Below, one piece after another: positions 19,519 through 29,078 of a stretch of 64,000 bases of DNA; within the stretch, counting starts at the first letter, position 1, and every line of letters starts with the position of its first letter. A program made the position numbers and the translations under genes. Under the pieces are notes generated by a model. That model did not search any database. It was given only the letters and a program-made list of their open reading frames with translations, and had not been told where the DNA came from. Source of the stretch: an uncultured Ignavibacteria bacterium. GTDB taxonomy: Bacteria; Bacteroidota; Ignavibacteria; Ignavibacteriales; Melioribacteraceae. Location: positions 58,470 through 122,469 of the forward strand of contig CAVVVP010000001.1 of assembly GCA_963751695.1 (NCBI GenBank), in the 5' to 3' direction.

Positions 19519-21114
19519 TTACCAATTGTACTCTACACCGAAGACCATATCAAATGGTTTTTCCCTGTAGTTCTTGAAAAGATAATTCTTTCTATTCAAA
19601 AGATTATCCAAGGTTGCAGTTAGTGCTAAATTCTCAAGAAGATTATATCTTAAATAAAATGATAAGTTGATGAAATTCGGAAGTTTAACAGTGTTTTCAA
19701 TATCTGCATAACTACTTCCATAATAACTGAATTGAACTCGTCCAAGCAGATTATATAAAAATCGATAAGAGTAAGAGATATCAGTTATAAAGGAAGGAGT
19801 ATAAGTTATTTTTTTACTATCACCATTTGTAACATTTTGGAACTCAAGATTTGCAAATAATTTACCATACTGGTTTGCATCCAAATCTATGCTGAAAAAT
19901 ATGGCATTTCTTTTTACATCATCAATTGTGTTTATGTCAAAAAATGCATCAACAGCATTATCTTCAAAGTATAAATAATTATTATATTTCTCAAACGTTA
20001 TGCCAGCCTTAATTTCTAACGATTTTGCATATTCGTATTTAATAGCCCCTTTGAGATTGGATGCCTTTCGTTGAAATACATTCATGATTTGACCAATCTT
20101 GAAATATCTATTTTGTGAAATAAAATCATTTATTGAAAGAAATTCTGATTCACCTGAATATGAAGCGAAAAGAGAAAGCTGCTTCTGGATATCAAAAGTA
20201 AAATACGCAAATGGTGAAAAGAGAGTGTTAGAACCCTGTGAAGATAAATGTGCCCCTACTTTAAAGTAGAAAACTTTCGAACTTACAAATTCCACAAATC
20301 CATTTGTTGAGAAATATGTATATCGATTTATTTCATCATCAATTTCGGTAACTTCCTGTGTTGTAATTCTACCGTCAATTCCAGCAGCGAGAAAACCGAA
20401 ATCATATTTAAGGAATAAGTCCCAATCATATCTCGCTTCCTTCAAATTATCTTTTGTCAGTTTTACATTTTTTCCACTTACTTTTAATCCATAATTTAAT
20501 GTTCTTTGCAGCCTATTAATAAATGACAGATTAAATCTTGAAAAATGATTTTCTCTTTCTGTGGAGGGAGAAATTGAACCGTAAAGATTATATCCTTCTC
20601 TCAAAAATGTTGCATCTATATCAATTGCCAATCCATGAAACCATAAACTTCGTTTGTTTATAAAATAATTAAAATTGACTGTGCCTCCAGATGTATTATA
20701 CCCCGCATAAGGAATATACTCCCTAATGTTAGAACCCCATATATGTGTATTAAATAAGAATTGTCCAATACTTTCATGAAAATAAAAATCCCCAGTCGGA
20801 AGTGTCTGTGAACCGACACCAAGTTTTAGAAGACCATTATAACCGTGTGGTTTATCATAAAACTCCAAATCCATTTTTATTGGATTTGAGTATTCTGTGA
20901 GAACAAATTCTTCAACATCGTATTGTGGAGTTAAAAATTCTTCAGAAACAACTGGAATATAATCTGATTTATTCTTTTTCATAGTTGGAATTGAAACACT
21001 TTGCACGCCGGTGATAACGAAGTCAGGTAACTCAATACTTTGTGCATTAGTCTCCAATGTAGATAAAAACAAAAATGTCAAGGTTGTTAATATTAAAGTT
21101 GTTTTTTGCTTCAT
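19519..21114 (-). CDS. outer-membrane beta-barrel protein (putative porin family)
   Basis: Signal peptide, alternating-residue strands throughout and an aromatic C-terminus (GVEYNW). Confidence 0.5.
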   Translation of the reverse strand: MKQKTTLILTTLTFLFLSTLETNAQSIELPDFVITGVQSVSIPTMKKNKSDYIPVVSEEFLTPQYDVEEFVLTEYSNPIKMDLEFYDKPHGYNGLLKLGVGSQTLPTGDFYFHESIGQFLFNTHIWGSNIREYIPYAGYNTSGGTVNFNYFINKRSLWFHGLAIDIDATFLREGYNLYGSISPSTERENHFSRFNLSFINRLQRTLNYGLKVSGKNVKLTKDNLKEARYDWDLFLKYDFGFLAAGIDGRITTQEVTEIDDEINRYTYFSTNGFVEFVSSKVFYFKVGAHLSSQGSNTLFSPFAYFTFDIQKQLSLFASYSGESEFLSINDFISQNRYFKIGQIMNVFQRKASNLKGAIKYEYAKSLEIKAGITFEKYNNYLYFEDNAVDAFFDINTIDDVKRNAIFFSIDLDANQYGKLFANLEFQNVTNGDSKKITYTPSFITDISYSYRFLYNLLGRVQFSYYGSSYADIENTVKLPNFINLSFYLRYNLLENLALTATLDNLLNRKNYLFKNYREKPFDMVFGVEYNW

Positions 21115-21140
21115 TTTTATTATTCTATAAAAGAAAGTCC

Positions 21141-24116
21141 TTATAATTCTTCTAATTTTTGTTTTGCTTCTTGACCGTATTCGTCATTAGGATGACGTTT
21201 TGCAACAGCACGATACATTTCCCTAGCATTCCTTTTGTCATTTATGCCTATATAGCAATCACCAAGTTTTAACAACGATTTGATAAACCACTCATCGTAT
21301 GTAGCATAAACAGTTCTTACTCTAACAAGTGCAGAAATGGATTCTTCAAACTTTTTTTGTTCATATAGTGATAATCCGAGATAATACTGAGCCTGAGCGC
21401 CAATGTCATCAGTTCTATTTTGAGCAACTTCACCAAATAACATTTCTGAATTCGGATACCTTTGCTGCTCGAGTTCCATCTTACCCAACTCAATTTTTGA
21501 TTTCGCTGAAAATAGAGTTTTATCATAATATTTGATTATTTCACTAAACGAATTATAAGCCGCATCCAAATTACCACTATTAAGCTCGGCTATACCTTTC
21601 AAATAAAATATCTCTTGTGATTTATCAGAATCAGATATTTTTGGTAGAACACTTGAATACAATAGAACTTCAAGGTCATAAGTTTTTTGATTTGAATAGA
21701 TCTTACCCAATTCTATTACTGCCTCAATTCCATAATCTGATCTAAGATATTTTTCAACAATTAATGAGTAATACTCTATTGCTTTTGCAGTATCTTCGAT
21801 CATAGTATAGCTCTTACCAACCCAATACATTGCGGTTGGAACATAATCGCTCTTAGGATAGAAATTGAGCATCTCAGAGTATCCATCAATTGCTTTGGGA
21901 TAATTTCCATAGCTGTAGTAAATCTCTCCCTTTTTCATTAATATTTTTTCACTGTTCTCAGTATTAGGGTATTTTACAATGTATGCATTTATTAATGCTA
22001 TAGCGCTTTCAGGATCATCTTGTGCAAGATAGCAATATTGAATTCCATTCATTGCATCATATACATATCTTGTATCAGGATAATCTGAAATGATCTTTAG
22101 ATAATAAACTACTGCAGAATCATACTTTCCTAAATTATAGTACGAATCCCCAATTGAATATATTGCAATAGGTTTAATTGCCGATTTAGGATAGTTAAGT
22201 AATAATTGCTTATAATTACTTAGTGCAGAATTATAATCCCCTCTCTGAAATTCGATCCAACCAATTAAATATTGAGCATCATCTTGATATCTTGAATTTG
22301 GATATTTTTCCTGGAGCTGTGTTAGTTGAGAAATAGCTTCATCAGATTCTCCAGACTTAAACAGTGATTGACCAAATTGATAAAGAGTATAATCGCTTCG
22401 GAAATTTTCGCCATACGAACTAAATATCTTTCTATACTCAGCAGTAGCTTTTTCAAAATTTTTCATACCGAAATAACAATCGGCTAATCTGAGTCTGCAA
22501 TCTATTACATTTCTGCTATTACGATACTTTGTTATATACTCATTAAAATAGAATGCAGCATTTGCAAAGTCTTTCAAATTGAAGTAAGCATAAGCAGAGC
22601 CATAAAGGGTAAGTTCATCGAGCTTATCGCCTTGAGCATCAACTCTGTAATAATGTCTTTGCGCTGATGCATAGTTGCCTTTTTCAAAATATACTTCTCC
22701 AAGATAAAAATTTACTTTCCTGGTTTCGAATCTTTGATCCCTCACATTAAGATCACTTAAGTTTGTTAAAGCATCATCATATTTTTTCAGATAAAACTGT
22801 GAAACCCCTAGTCCAAAAATTGCTCTGCTATTAATTTTTTTCGGAAGTAAATTAATTTTAAGGATCCGTTTGAAATACTTTTCGGCTTCTGAGTATTTTT
22901 TCTCTTCAAGACTGATCTCACCAAGAAGTGTCATAGCTCTTGCTCTTATAACTTTATCATCCGATTGTGAGGCAAGAATTAAATTCCGTTCGGAAGTTTT
23001 AATGTCATTATCATTAAATTGGATGATACTCAAACTTAATTTGACATCGTCTGTCAATTCATTATCCGGATATTCTGCAAGAAATTCATTGTAGATAATT
23101 GACGCCTCTTCCGTTTCTCCAAGATATCTTTTGCATTCAGCACTCCAGAAAATTGACTTTAATGAAATACTGTCAGGATTTTCTTTATCTATTAATTCTG
23201 AAAACTTGTTGAATGCTTCAGCGTAGTTTTGTTGCTGGAAATTTATCCAAGCAATTCCAAAGCGGCTAGTCCTTTCTACATTCTGAGATGTTGTTCTACT
23301 TAATACATCTCTAAATGCTTCCTCTGCCTCAGTATACTCCAGTAGTCGAAAATGTGCACTTGCTAGAATATATCCAGCCTCAACTTGTTGTTCTTCGGGA
23401 AGTCTATTGATTAGTGGGTCTGTTAACTCGAGAATTGCTCTATCATATTCTTTTAGATAGAAGTAACAAGCTCCTATTCTGAACTGAGCACTAGGTGCTA
23501 ATTCACTTTCTCCATGATATGCTAATAGTTCGTCGTAATAAGTAACAGCTGCAGTATAGTTCCCTTTTAACTCATAAATATAGGCTAAAGAATAAATAGT
23601 ATAATCTACCTTGTCAGCATTTCTGTCATCAGAAATCGCTTCTAAAAGGAATTCTTCACCCTCAACAAATTTGTTTTCGTTTACGTACGATTGTCCGATT
23701 AAATAATATGAAATACTGCTGTGTTCACTTCTTGGATAATCATTGACAAGAATAATTAAATTTTCGCGTGCTTTAAAATATTGTTCCTTGGCAAAATATA
23801 TTGTCCCCAGCGTATAGATAGCATCTGGTAGATAGGTAGAAAACTTATATTTCCTTATAAAAAACTCTAATTCTTCAATTGCGCCATCAATTAAGTTAAG
23901 TTGAACTAAACAATTTGCAGAATAAAATTTGGAGGTTGCAATAAGATTCTTATCAATATCGTCTTTGTAAGAAATCTCCAAAAACAGATCTCTTGCAGCA
24001 GCATATTGCTGATCTTCGTAAAATTGCATTGCTTCAGAATAACCAAAATCAGATTGGGAGAGAGCAGTACCAGAGAAGATAAAAGTTAAAATTACTGCTC
24101 GAAAAATGCTTTTCAT
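21141..24116 (-). CDS. large secreted TPR-repeat protein (about 990 aa)
   Basis: TPR/YbgF-like repeats run end to end (e.g. YPNSRYQDDAQYLIGWIEFQRGDYNSAL). The ORF track starts at 24200, but MKSIFRAVILTFIFSGTALSQ (24116) is a plausible signal peptide. Confidence 0.75.
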   Translation of the reverse strand: MKSIFRAVILTFIFSGTALSQSDFGYSEAMQFYEDQQYAAARDLFLEISYKDDIDKNLIATSKFYSANCLVQLNLIDGAIEELEFFIRKYKFSTYLPDAIYTLGTIYFAKEQYFKARENLIILVNDYPRSEHSSISYYLIGQSYVNENKFVEGEEFLLEAISDDRNADKVDYTIYSLAYIYELKGNYTAAVTYYDELLAYHGESELAPSAQFRIGACYFYLKEYDRAILELTDPLINRLPEEQQVEAGYILASAHFRLLEYTEAEEAFRDVLSRTTSQNVERTSRFGIAWINFQQQNYAEAFNKFSELIDKENPDSISLKSIFWSAECKRYLGETEEASIIYNEFLAEYPDNELTDDVKLSLSIIQFNDNDIKTSERNLILASQSDDKVIRARAMTLLGEISLEEKKYSEAEKYFKRILKINLLPKKINSRAIFGLGVSQFYLKKYDDALTNLSDLNVRDQRFETRKVNFYLGEVYFEKGNYASAQRHYYRVDAQGDKLDELTLYGSAYAYFNLKDFANAAFYFNEYITKYRNSRNVIDCRLRLADCYFGMKNFEKATAEYRKIFSSYGENFRSDYTLYQFGQSLFKSGESDEAISQLTQLQEKYPNSRYQDDAQYLIGWIEFQRGDYNSALSNYKQLLLNYPKSAIKPIAIYSIGDSYYNLGKYDSAVVYYLKIISDYPDTRYVYDAMNGIQYCYLAQDDPESAIALINAYIVKYPNTENSEKILMKKGEIYYSYGNYPKAIDGYSEMLNFYPKSDYVPTAMYWVGKSYTMIEDTAKAIEYYSLIVEKYLRSDYGIEAVIELGKIYSNQKTYDLEVLLYSSVLPKISDSDKSQEIFYLKGIAELNSGNLDAAYNSFSEIIKYYDKTLFSAKSKIELGKMELEQQRYPNSEMLFGEVAQNRTDDIGAQAQYYLGLSLYEQKKFEESISALVRVRTVYATYDEWFIKSLLKLGDCYIGINDKRNAREMYRAVAKRHPNDEYGQEAKQKLEEL

Positions 24117-24455
24117 ATTTAAGGATCGATTTGTAATAATATCTCTAATGCGTTGATAATTAAACAAGTGAATAATTAATGCAAAACAATCTAAATACAT
24201 TGATCAATTATGTTTTGATATATCAAACAAAAATAGTCAAAAATGTTAAAAACAGAAAAGAATAGTTAAATAATTTAATAAATGATAAGAATCACATTCT
24301 CGTTTATTTTATCTTTATATTATTCAAAGATATGGAAAAGATAAATAAACTTAAAGTATATTCATCAGTAATAATTGTAAGTTTATATTTTTAATATTCT
24401 TAGCATTTTCCTATTTTAAATCGAAGTTATAAACCAAAACTAAAAAGGTGCCCAA

Positions 24456-25004
24456 ATGAAAAGATCTATAGTTTTATATTCACTAATTATTTTTCTATCT
24501 CTTACGATCAGTTCTCATGCTCAGATGTTAAAAGTTGGACTAGGAGGAGGTTATACCTCTGTTACGACGTCTGAATCAATATTTGATGATGGTTTTCAGT
24601 ACGGTGGAAAACTTGTATTGAATGTCCCTCTGCTTCCACTCACTGTTGCTGCTAATTTGTATAATAATCCTTTTTCTACAGAAATTGGAGATGCTTCATA
24701 TGAATCAAGTTTCTTTTCTGGTGGATTAGGTGCAGAATTTACAATATTGCCTGGACCCATCAAACCTTATGTCGGTGCTGAATTTTTATATACTGCTATT
24801 GGAGAAAGTAAAATTAATGGACTGAGTGTTGGAGAATCAGAAAGCAAATATGGACTTGGTTTAGGAGCTGGAGCTTATTTTACTCTTCTTCCTCTCATTG
24901 ACCTTGACCTATCTGCTCACTACAATATGAACACATTACTTAGTAGCGGAGATAATTTTAACACAGTGCATGTCCGCTTGAATGTTCTTTTCAATTTATT
25001 CTGA
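24456..25004 (+). CDS. small outer-membrane beta-barrel protein (OmpW/OmpA-barrel-like)
   Basis: Signal peptide, G/Y/L-rich alternating strands and a C-terminal ...NVLFNLF with terminal Phe. Confidence 0.6.
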   Translation: MKRSIVLYSLIIFLSLTISSHAQMLKVGLGGGYTSVTTSESIFDDGFQYGGKLVLNVPLLPLTVAANLYNNPFSTEIGDASYESSFFSGGLGAEFTILPGPIKPYVGAEFLYTAIGESKINGLSVGESESKYGLGLGAGAYFTLLPLIDLDLSAHYNMNTLLSSGDNFNTVHVRLNVLFNLF

Positions 25005-25020
25005 TGCAGTTTAAAAGGAA

Positions 25021-25052
25021 AAGCTCTCCAACGTAAATCACGAGGAGAGCTT
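25021..25052. terminator. bidirectional terminator-like hairpin between convergent genes
   Basis: AAGCTCTCC ... GGAGAGCTT: 9-bp arms with a 14-nt loop, between the stops at 25004 (+) and 25074 (-). Confidence 0.45.
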
Positions 25053-25073
25053 CATTCTAAGGTTTATTCAAAT

Positions 25074-25838
25074 CTATTTTAGATTTTTCAACTCATAATT
25101 TGCATTGTTCTTATACTGATTATCTTTTGCAGCAATAGTAAAGTTTTCTTTTGCTTTCTCTTTCTCACCTAAACCCTTAAATGCTAATCCTTTGTAATAA
25201 TATGGTGCACCTTTGGAAATTTTCTTTCTTACGTTTATTGCTTGATCAGCTGCTTGCAGAGCTTCACTATATTTACCTAAGTCATTATAGATTTCAGCTA
25301 ACGAGAGATACGCAGCATCATACTCATAATTTTTAGTTGCTTCAAGCAGATATCCGATCGCTTCTTCATGTTTTCCGTCCATCTTAGAAGTTTGTCCTAA
25401 TTGAGTATATGAAAGGCCAATAAACTTTTGAATTTTCTTATTCTGTTTTTCGTCACCACTCATTTCAATATACTTACTGAAGTTATCTATCGCCTTGCCA
25501 TATTCTTTTAAGGAGTAATAAGTAGTTCCTAATCCACTATACGCAGAAACAAAATTAGGATCAATCTCAATTGCTTTCAAAAGTTCTGCTTCCGCTTCTT
25601 TAAATTTTCTTAATTTTTTAAGTGCAACACTTTTTTGATAATATATTTTTACACTAGGTTCAACTGCTAGGGCCTGATCATACTTTTCAATTGCTCCATT
25701 GTATTGTCCAGATTTCACTAGTCCATTTCCTTCATTATATAATATTGCAGCTTCCGGATTCATTTCGGCAGTTTGAGCCAAGAGTGTCATCGATACAAGA
25801 AGAGATAAGGTAGTAAAAAGTAATTTCAAATTCATCAT
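25074..25838 (-). CDS. secreted TPR-repeat protein
   Basis: Signal peptide MMNLKLLFTTLSLLVSMTLLAQ, then TPR units (YNGAIEKYDQALAVEP, FKEAEAELLKAIEIDPN). Confidence 0.7.
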   Translation of the reverse strand: MMNLKLLFTTLSLLVSMTLLAQTAEMNPEAAILYNEGNGLVKSGQYNGAIEKYDQALAVEPSVKIYYQKSVALKKLRKFKEAEAELLKAIEIDPNFVSAYSGLGTTYYSLKEYGKAIDNFSKYIEMSGDEKQNKKIQKFIGLSYTQLGQTSKMDGKHEEAIGYLLEATKNYEYDAAYLSLAEIYNDLGKYSEALQAADQAINVRKKISKGAPYYYKGLAFKGLGEKEKAKENFTIAAKDNQYKNNANYELKNLK

Positions 25839-25873
25839 TATAACATCCTTAATAATTATTAAAAAAAACATTG

Positions 25874-25957
25874 TGCGGAAGGCGGGACTTGAACCCGCAT
25901 GCCCGTTAGAGCACTACCCCCTCAAGATAGCGTGTATACCAATTTCACCACTTCCGC
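25874..25957 (-). tRNA. tRNA-Leu (anticodon GAG), type II with long variable arm
   Basis: Hand-folded. Acceptor GCGGAAG/CTTCCGC, D arm GTG..CAC, anticodon stem CTATC/GGTAG with loop TTGAGGG, variable arm GCTC-TAAC-GGGC, T arm GCGGG-TTCAAGT-CCCGC, discriminator A. CCA is not encoded. Confidence 0.9.
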
Positions 25958-26071
25958 AGAATAGAATTACAAAAATAATTCTGTCTACTAAAAAAAGCAA
26001 TATAAATAACTATCTCAAGAGAAAATATCCACTTTGGCTTTTACTTCATTTTGTAGCAATATGTTCCCGAA

Positions 26072-26560
26072 TTATTCCAATTCAGGATTTTTACCCCTCA
26101 TTCGTTTTCCCTGCTTGAGAAGTTCTTTGCGGATCTCATTTCTGAATTTCCTTTCAAAAACTATAAGCTTTGCTACATCATAAGATGATAAAATATCATC
26201 AAGAGATTCTAGAAAGCTTTTTCTTTCAAGTACTAATTTCTCTTCAATTGCAAGTATTTTTTCAACATCTGTTTCGTAATTATTTTTAGATTCATTCCTA
26301 ATTCTAATGTTTAATTTAATAATAAGAGAATCCTTTTCTCGCATGAGTACTTTTATTTTTTTGTGATGAGCGTTTCTTCTTGAAAAGAACTTTAACATCG
26401 TCTCTTCATCAAGATCAAGAGTTTCAATAAGTTTTATTTTTTCCAATTCGGCTATTCTACCCTCAGGAAAAGGGCCTCCCTCCTCATGCATAAATCTCTG
26501 AGCAAAAAAGTTTTGGCTTAATACAATGAATAATATTAGAAGTAGTTTAAAATGTTTCAT
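26072..26560 (-). CDS. hypothetical periplasmic helical protein, last gene of the ECF sigma operon
   Basis: Signal peptide and K/E-rich helices. Immediately follows the putative anti-sigma gene (1-nt gap). Confidence 0.4.
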   Translation of the reverse strand: MKHFKLLLILFIVLSQNFFAQRFMHEEGGPFPEGRIAELEKIKLIETLDLDEETMLKFFSRRNAHHKKIKVLMREKDSLIIKLNIRIRNESKNNYETDVEKILAIEEKLVLERKSFLESLDDILSSYDVAKLIVFERKFRNEIRKELLKQGKRMRGKNPELE

Positions 26561-26561
26561 A

Positions 26562-27131
26562 TTAATTTCCTAAAATATTTTTATTTATAATTTCGTTGTA
26601 GATTTCATCTTGAGTTGATTGATCAATCATATCAATCAATTCGTATCCAGTAGATACAAAATAGTAATCATTAGCTGAATTGTCTTCCAAGTATGAGAAA
26701 TATTCAATTTCAGATAATGAAATATTATTCAAATTAATCAAATCATTTGTAGAAACATATTCCTCAAGGTTCATTGATTCCAAAAAGTAATCTGATTCAA
26801 AGTAATTGCCAGTAGATTTAAAACTAATAAATTGTGAAGTAAGGACTATTATAAAAGATACAATCATTGCATATGCAAATGAAGGTTTCATCCCTGTAGT
26901 TTGTCTTTCCTCTACTCTCTCAAGCACTTTATTTACCAGCATGCTAGAATAGTATTCATTTGGGAATGTGGTTCCAATATACTTAAGTTCAGAAAGTTCA
27001 TTCGTGAGCAGATTATCAAATTCTTTTAACTCTTGAGAATTGGTAATCATTTCCCTCGTTTCGATTTGTTCATCTTTATTTAATAAATCGGAATGTAATT
27101 TTAGTATTTGTTCATTCTTTTTATTATTCAT
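26562..27131 (-). CDS. putative anti-sigma factor (single-pass membrane protein)
   Basis: Overlaps the sigma gene by 8 nt. Central TM helix (FAYAMIVSFIIVLTSQFI). Assignment by position only, no zinc-finger motif seen. Confidence 0.4.
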   Translation of the reverse strand: MNNKKNEQILKLHSDLLNKDEQIETREMITNSQELKEFDNLLTNELSELKYIGTTFPNEYYSSMLVNKVLERVEERQTTGMKPSFAYAMIVSFIIVLTSQFISFKSTGNYFESDYFLESMNLEEYVSTNDLINLNNISLSEIEYFSYLEDNSANDYYFVSTGYELIDMIDQSTQDEIYNEIINKNILGN

Positions 27132-27669
27132 AAAATTTCTCTGTGATTTTTTTCAGTGCATGAAAATAATTTGCTTTCAAGCCTCCAATTGATTTTCCGG
27201 TAATTTCGGATATTTCCTGATACGTTAACTCTTCGAATGTTCTCATTATAAAAACTTCTCTCTGTTTCGTTGGCAGTGTTTTTAAAACTCGCTTAACTTT
27301 TTCTAATTTCTCTGATACCTCGAAATCAAGTATCATGTTTTCTTTTGACTTAAGCTGTTTCGATTCGTCTGATTCAATAGAAAATATAGTTTTAACTTTT
27401 CTTTTTGCCAGTAAATTTAATGAACGATTTTTCGTTATTTTGTAAATCCATGTATATAGCGAAGAATCAAACTTAAAATTTTTCAATTTCTGGAAAAGAA
27501 TAAGCAAAACCTCTTGGGAAATTTCATCAGCATCAAAGTGATCATTTAAAATACCAAACGCTTGCCAATAAATTCTCTTCGAATATCTTTTAGCGATTTC
27601 TTTGAATGCTTTTTCATTTCCATTCAAAAATTGTGTTACGAGTTCTTTTTCTTCTTCAATTCTATTCAT
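27124..27669 (-). CDS. ECF-type RNA polymerase sigma-70 family factor
   Basis: Region 2 (AFKEIAKRYSKRIYWQAFGILNDHFDADEISQEVLLILFQ...YTWIYKITKNRSLN) and region 4 (LPTKQREVFIMRTFEELTYQEISEITGKSIGGLKANYFHALKKI). The ORF track starts at a TTG at 27696. MNRIEEEKEL (27669) is the more likely start. Confidence 0.85.
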   Translation of the reverse strand: MNRIEEEKELVTQFLNGNEKAFKEIAKRYSKRIYWQAFGILNDHFDADEISQEVLLILFQKLKNFKFDSSLYTWIYKITKNRSLNLLAKRKVKTIFSIESDESKQLKSKENMILDFEVSEKLEKVKRVLKTLPTKQREVFIMRTFEELTYQEISEITGKSIGGLKANYFHALKKITEKFYE

Positions 27670-27691
27670 AAAAACAATTTGCCACCTATTT

Positions 27692-27715
27692 GACAAATGT
27701 AATCAAGAATGGTTT
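27692..27715 (-). promoter_or_regulatory. candidate ECF-type autoregulated promoter (AAACC-N16-GTC)
   Basis: Minus-sense TGTTTAAACC-attcttgattacattt-GTCAAAT lies about 25 nt upstream of the ATG at 27669. It resembles the generic ECF -35 (G)AAC / -10 (C)GTC layout. Pattern match only. Confidence 0.25.
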
Positions 27716-27818
27716 AAACAAAAAATAATGTGAGAAATATTGTTAATTATATTAAACCTTTAGACATAAAATCATGTCGAAGAAATACAATCAAATTATT
27801 TCAAGTATAGGAGACCAA

Positions 27819-28313
27819 ATGAGAAAACCAAAAATTATTTTAATAACCAGTGTTTTAGCGATAATATCTTCACTTGCTTTTTCCCAACCAAATGAGAGAG
27901 GTATAAGAAATAGGAATGAAGTTAGCCCACTAAGAATCAGTAAAGTGTTAAATTTGAGTGAAGAACAGTCTAAAGTTTTCAATGAGTTCAAATATATAAA
28001 TGAATTGGAAGCAATAGATATACGAACGGAAATTAAGAAAAATCATGTTGAATTAAAGAAGATGCTTGGAGATGAAAACATTGATGGTGACAGAATTTTA
28101 AGTCTAACTGATAATAATTCTCAATTACAGAGCCAACTGAAGAAATCAAAGACTAAAATGTGGTTAGATGTATATAATATTTTAAATGATGAGCAAAAGA
28201 TGAAATGGACAAAATTCTTAAATCATTTTATTCAAGATGGAAATATGAAAAGGAAATTTGGAAGACGAGAGATGCTTGGTAAAGGAAAACGGAACCGAAA
28301 CTGGGACCAATAA
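27819..28313 (+). CDS. periplasmic Spy/CpxP-like (LTXXQ-motif) protein
   Basis: Signal peptide from MRKPKIILITSVLAIISSLAFSQ (the ORF track starts at 27774). LNLSEEQSKVF and LNDEQKMKW resemble LTXXQ motifs. Basic C-terminus. Confidence 0.5.
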   Translation: MRKPKIILITSVLAIISSLAFSQPNERGIRNRNEVSPLRISKVLNLSEEQSKVFNEFKYINELEAIDIRTEIKKNHVELKKMLGDENIDGDRILSLTDNNSQLQSQLKKSKTKMWLDVYNILNDEQKMKWTKFLNHFIQDGNMKRKFGRREMLGKGKRNRNWDQ

Positions 28314-28337
28314 GTTAAAATAACCATTAAGAAGACT

Positions 28338-28359
28338 AGCGCCCTCAAAGTAGGGCGTT
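28338..28359. terminator. bidirectional terminator hairpin
   Basis: AGCGCCCT-caaagt-AGGGCGTT (8 bp including one G-U) followed by a T-rich tract, between convergent stops at 28313 and 28365. Confidence 0.55.
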
Positions 28360-28364
28360 AGATT

Positions 28365-29072
28365 TTAAATATCGCCTTCTAATGGTCTCAATGTAATCTC
28401 TTCTGCAACCATATTCGATTTAAGATTATAAATATTAAAAATAAACTTCGCAATATCTCTAGGTGACATCATACGATTAGCATATTTAGATAAACTATCC
28501 GCAGGCCAAATTGGAGTTCTTGTTGCGCCTGGTAGAATATTAACAACCTTTATGTTTTCTTCCCTAAGTTCTTCTCTTAAAACGTTTGAGTAAGCTAACA
28601 GCCCAGCTTTTGAAGCAGAATAAGCACTGCTTTTTTCGAACGTTTTTCTTGCAGCTACTGATAGTATGTTAATTATAAGTCCTTCCTTCCTTTTTTTAAA
28701 ATGAGGGAGAACATTCTGAATTGCTGAAATTGAACCTAGCAAATTTGTTTTTATCACTCCCTCGACAACCTTCATAGAATCTTTGGAGGCTTCACTAAAG
28801 GTCGTAGTGCCTGCATTATTAATCAAACAGCAAATATTAAAGTTACTCAAAACTTTTTTCGTATTTGCTTTAACATCATCTGGTTTTGTAAGATCCAAAG
28901 AATAATAATGAAAATATTCATTATTGTATTCATCTTTATTCTTTCTTAGCGAATCAACCTTTCTGGAAGTGGCAATCACATCGATCTGATTTCGAATAAA
29001 TTCTAGAGCAATTGCTTTTCCAATTCCCGAACTTGCCCCAGTAACCCATACAGCTGTTTTCTTCTCTTTCAC
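28365..29072 (-). CDS. short-chain dehydrogenase/reductase, sepiapterin-reductase-like
   Basis: TGASSGIGKAIA Rossmann motif, NNAG and catalytic YSASK. Directly downstream of folE and PTPS on the same strand. The C-terminus EEITLRPLEGDI resembles, from memory, the Chlorobium sepiapterin reductase C-terminus. Confidence 0.65.
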   Translation of the reverse strand: MKEKKTAVWVTGASSGIGKAIALEFIRNQIDVIATSRKVDSLRKNKDEYNNEYFHYYSLDLTKPDDVKANTKKVLSNFNICCLINNAGTTTFSEASKDSMKVVEGVIKTNLLGSISAIQNVLPHFKKRKEGLIINILSVAARKTFEKSSAYSASKAGLLAYSNVLREELREENIKVVNILPGATRTPIWPADSLSKYANRMMSPRDIAKFIFNIYNLKSNMVAEEITLRPLEGDI

Positions 29073-29078
29073 TTTGGC

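Noticed and set aside
24201-24455. 255-bp non-coding AT-rich gap, examined for a CRISPR array, riboswitch or small RNA
   Set aside because: No repeat-spacer periodicity and no conserved riboswitch core that I recognise. It has only short AT palindromes and looks like an ordinary divergent promoter region. No CRISPR-like arrays were seen anywhere else in the window either.
25873-26118. ORFs overlapping the tRNA genes (25873..26118 + over tRNA-Leu; 32043..32240 - over tRNA-Gln)
   Set aside because: The sequences fold into canonical tRNAs. The ORFs merely read through them (e.g. MRKAGLEPACPLEHYP is the translated T-arm and acceptor).
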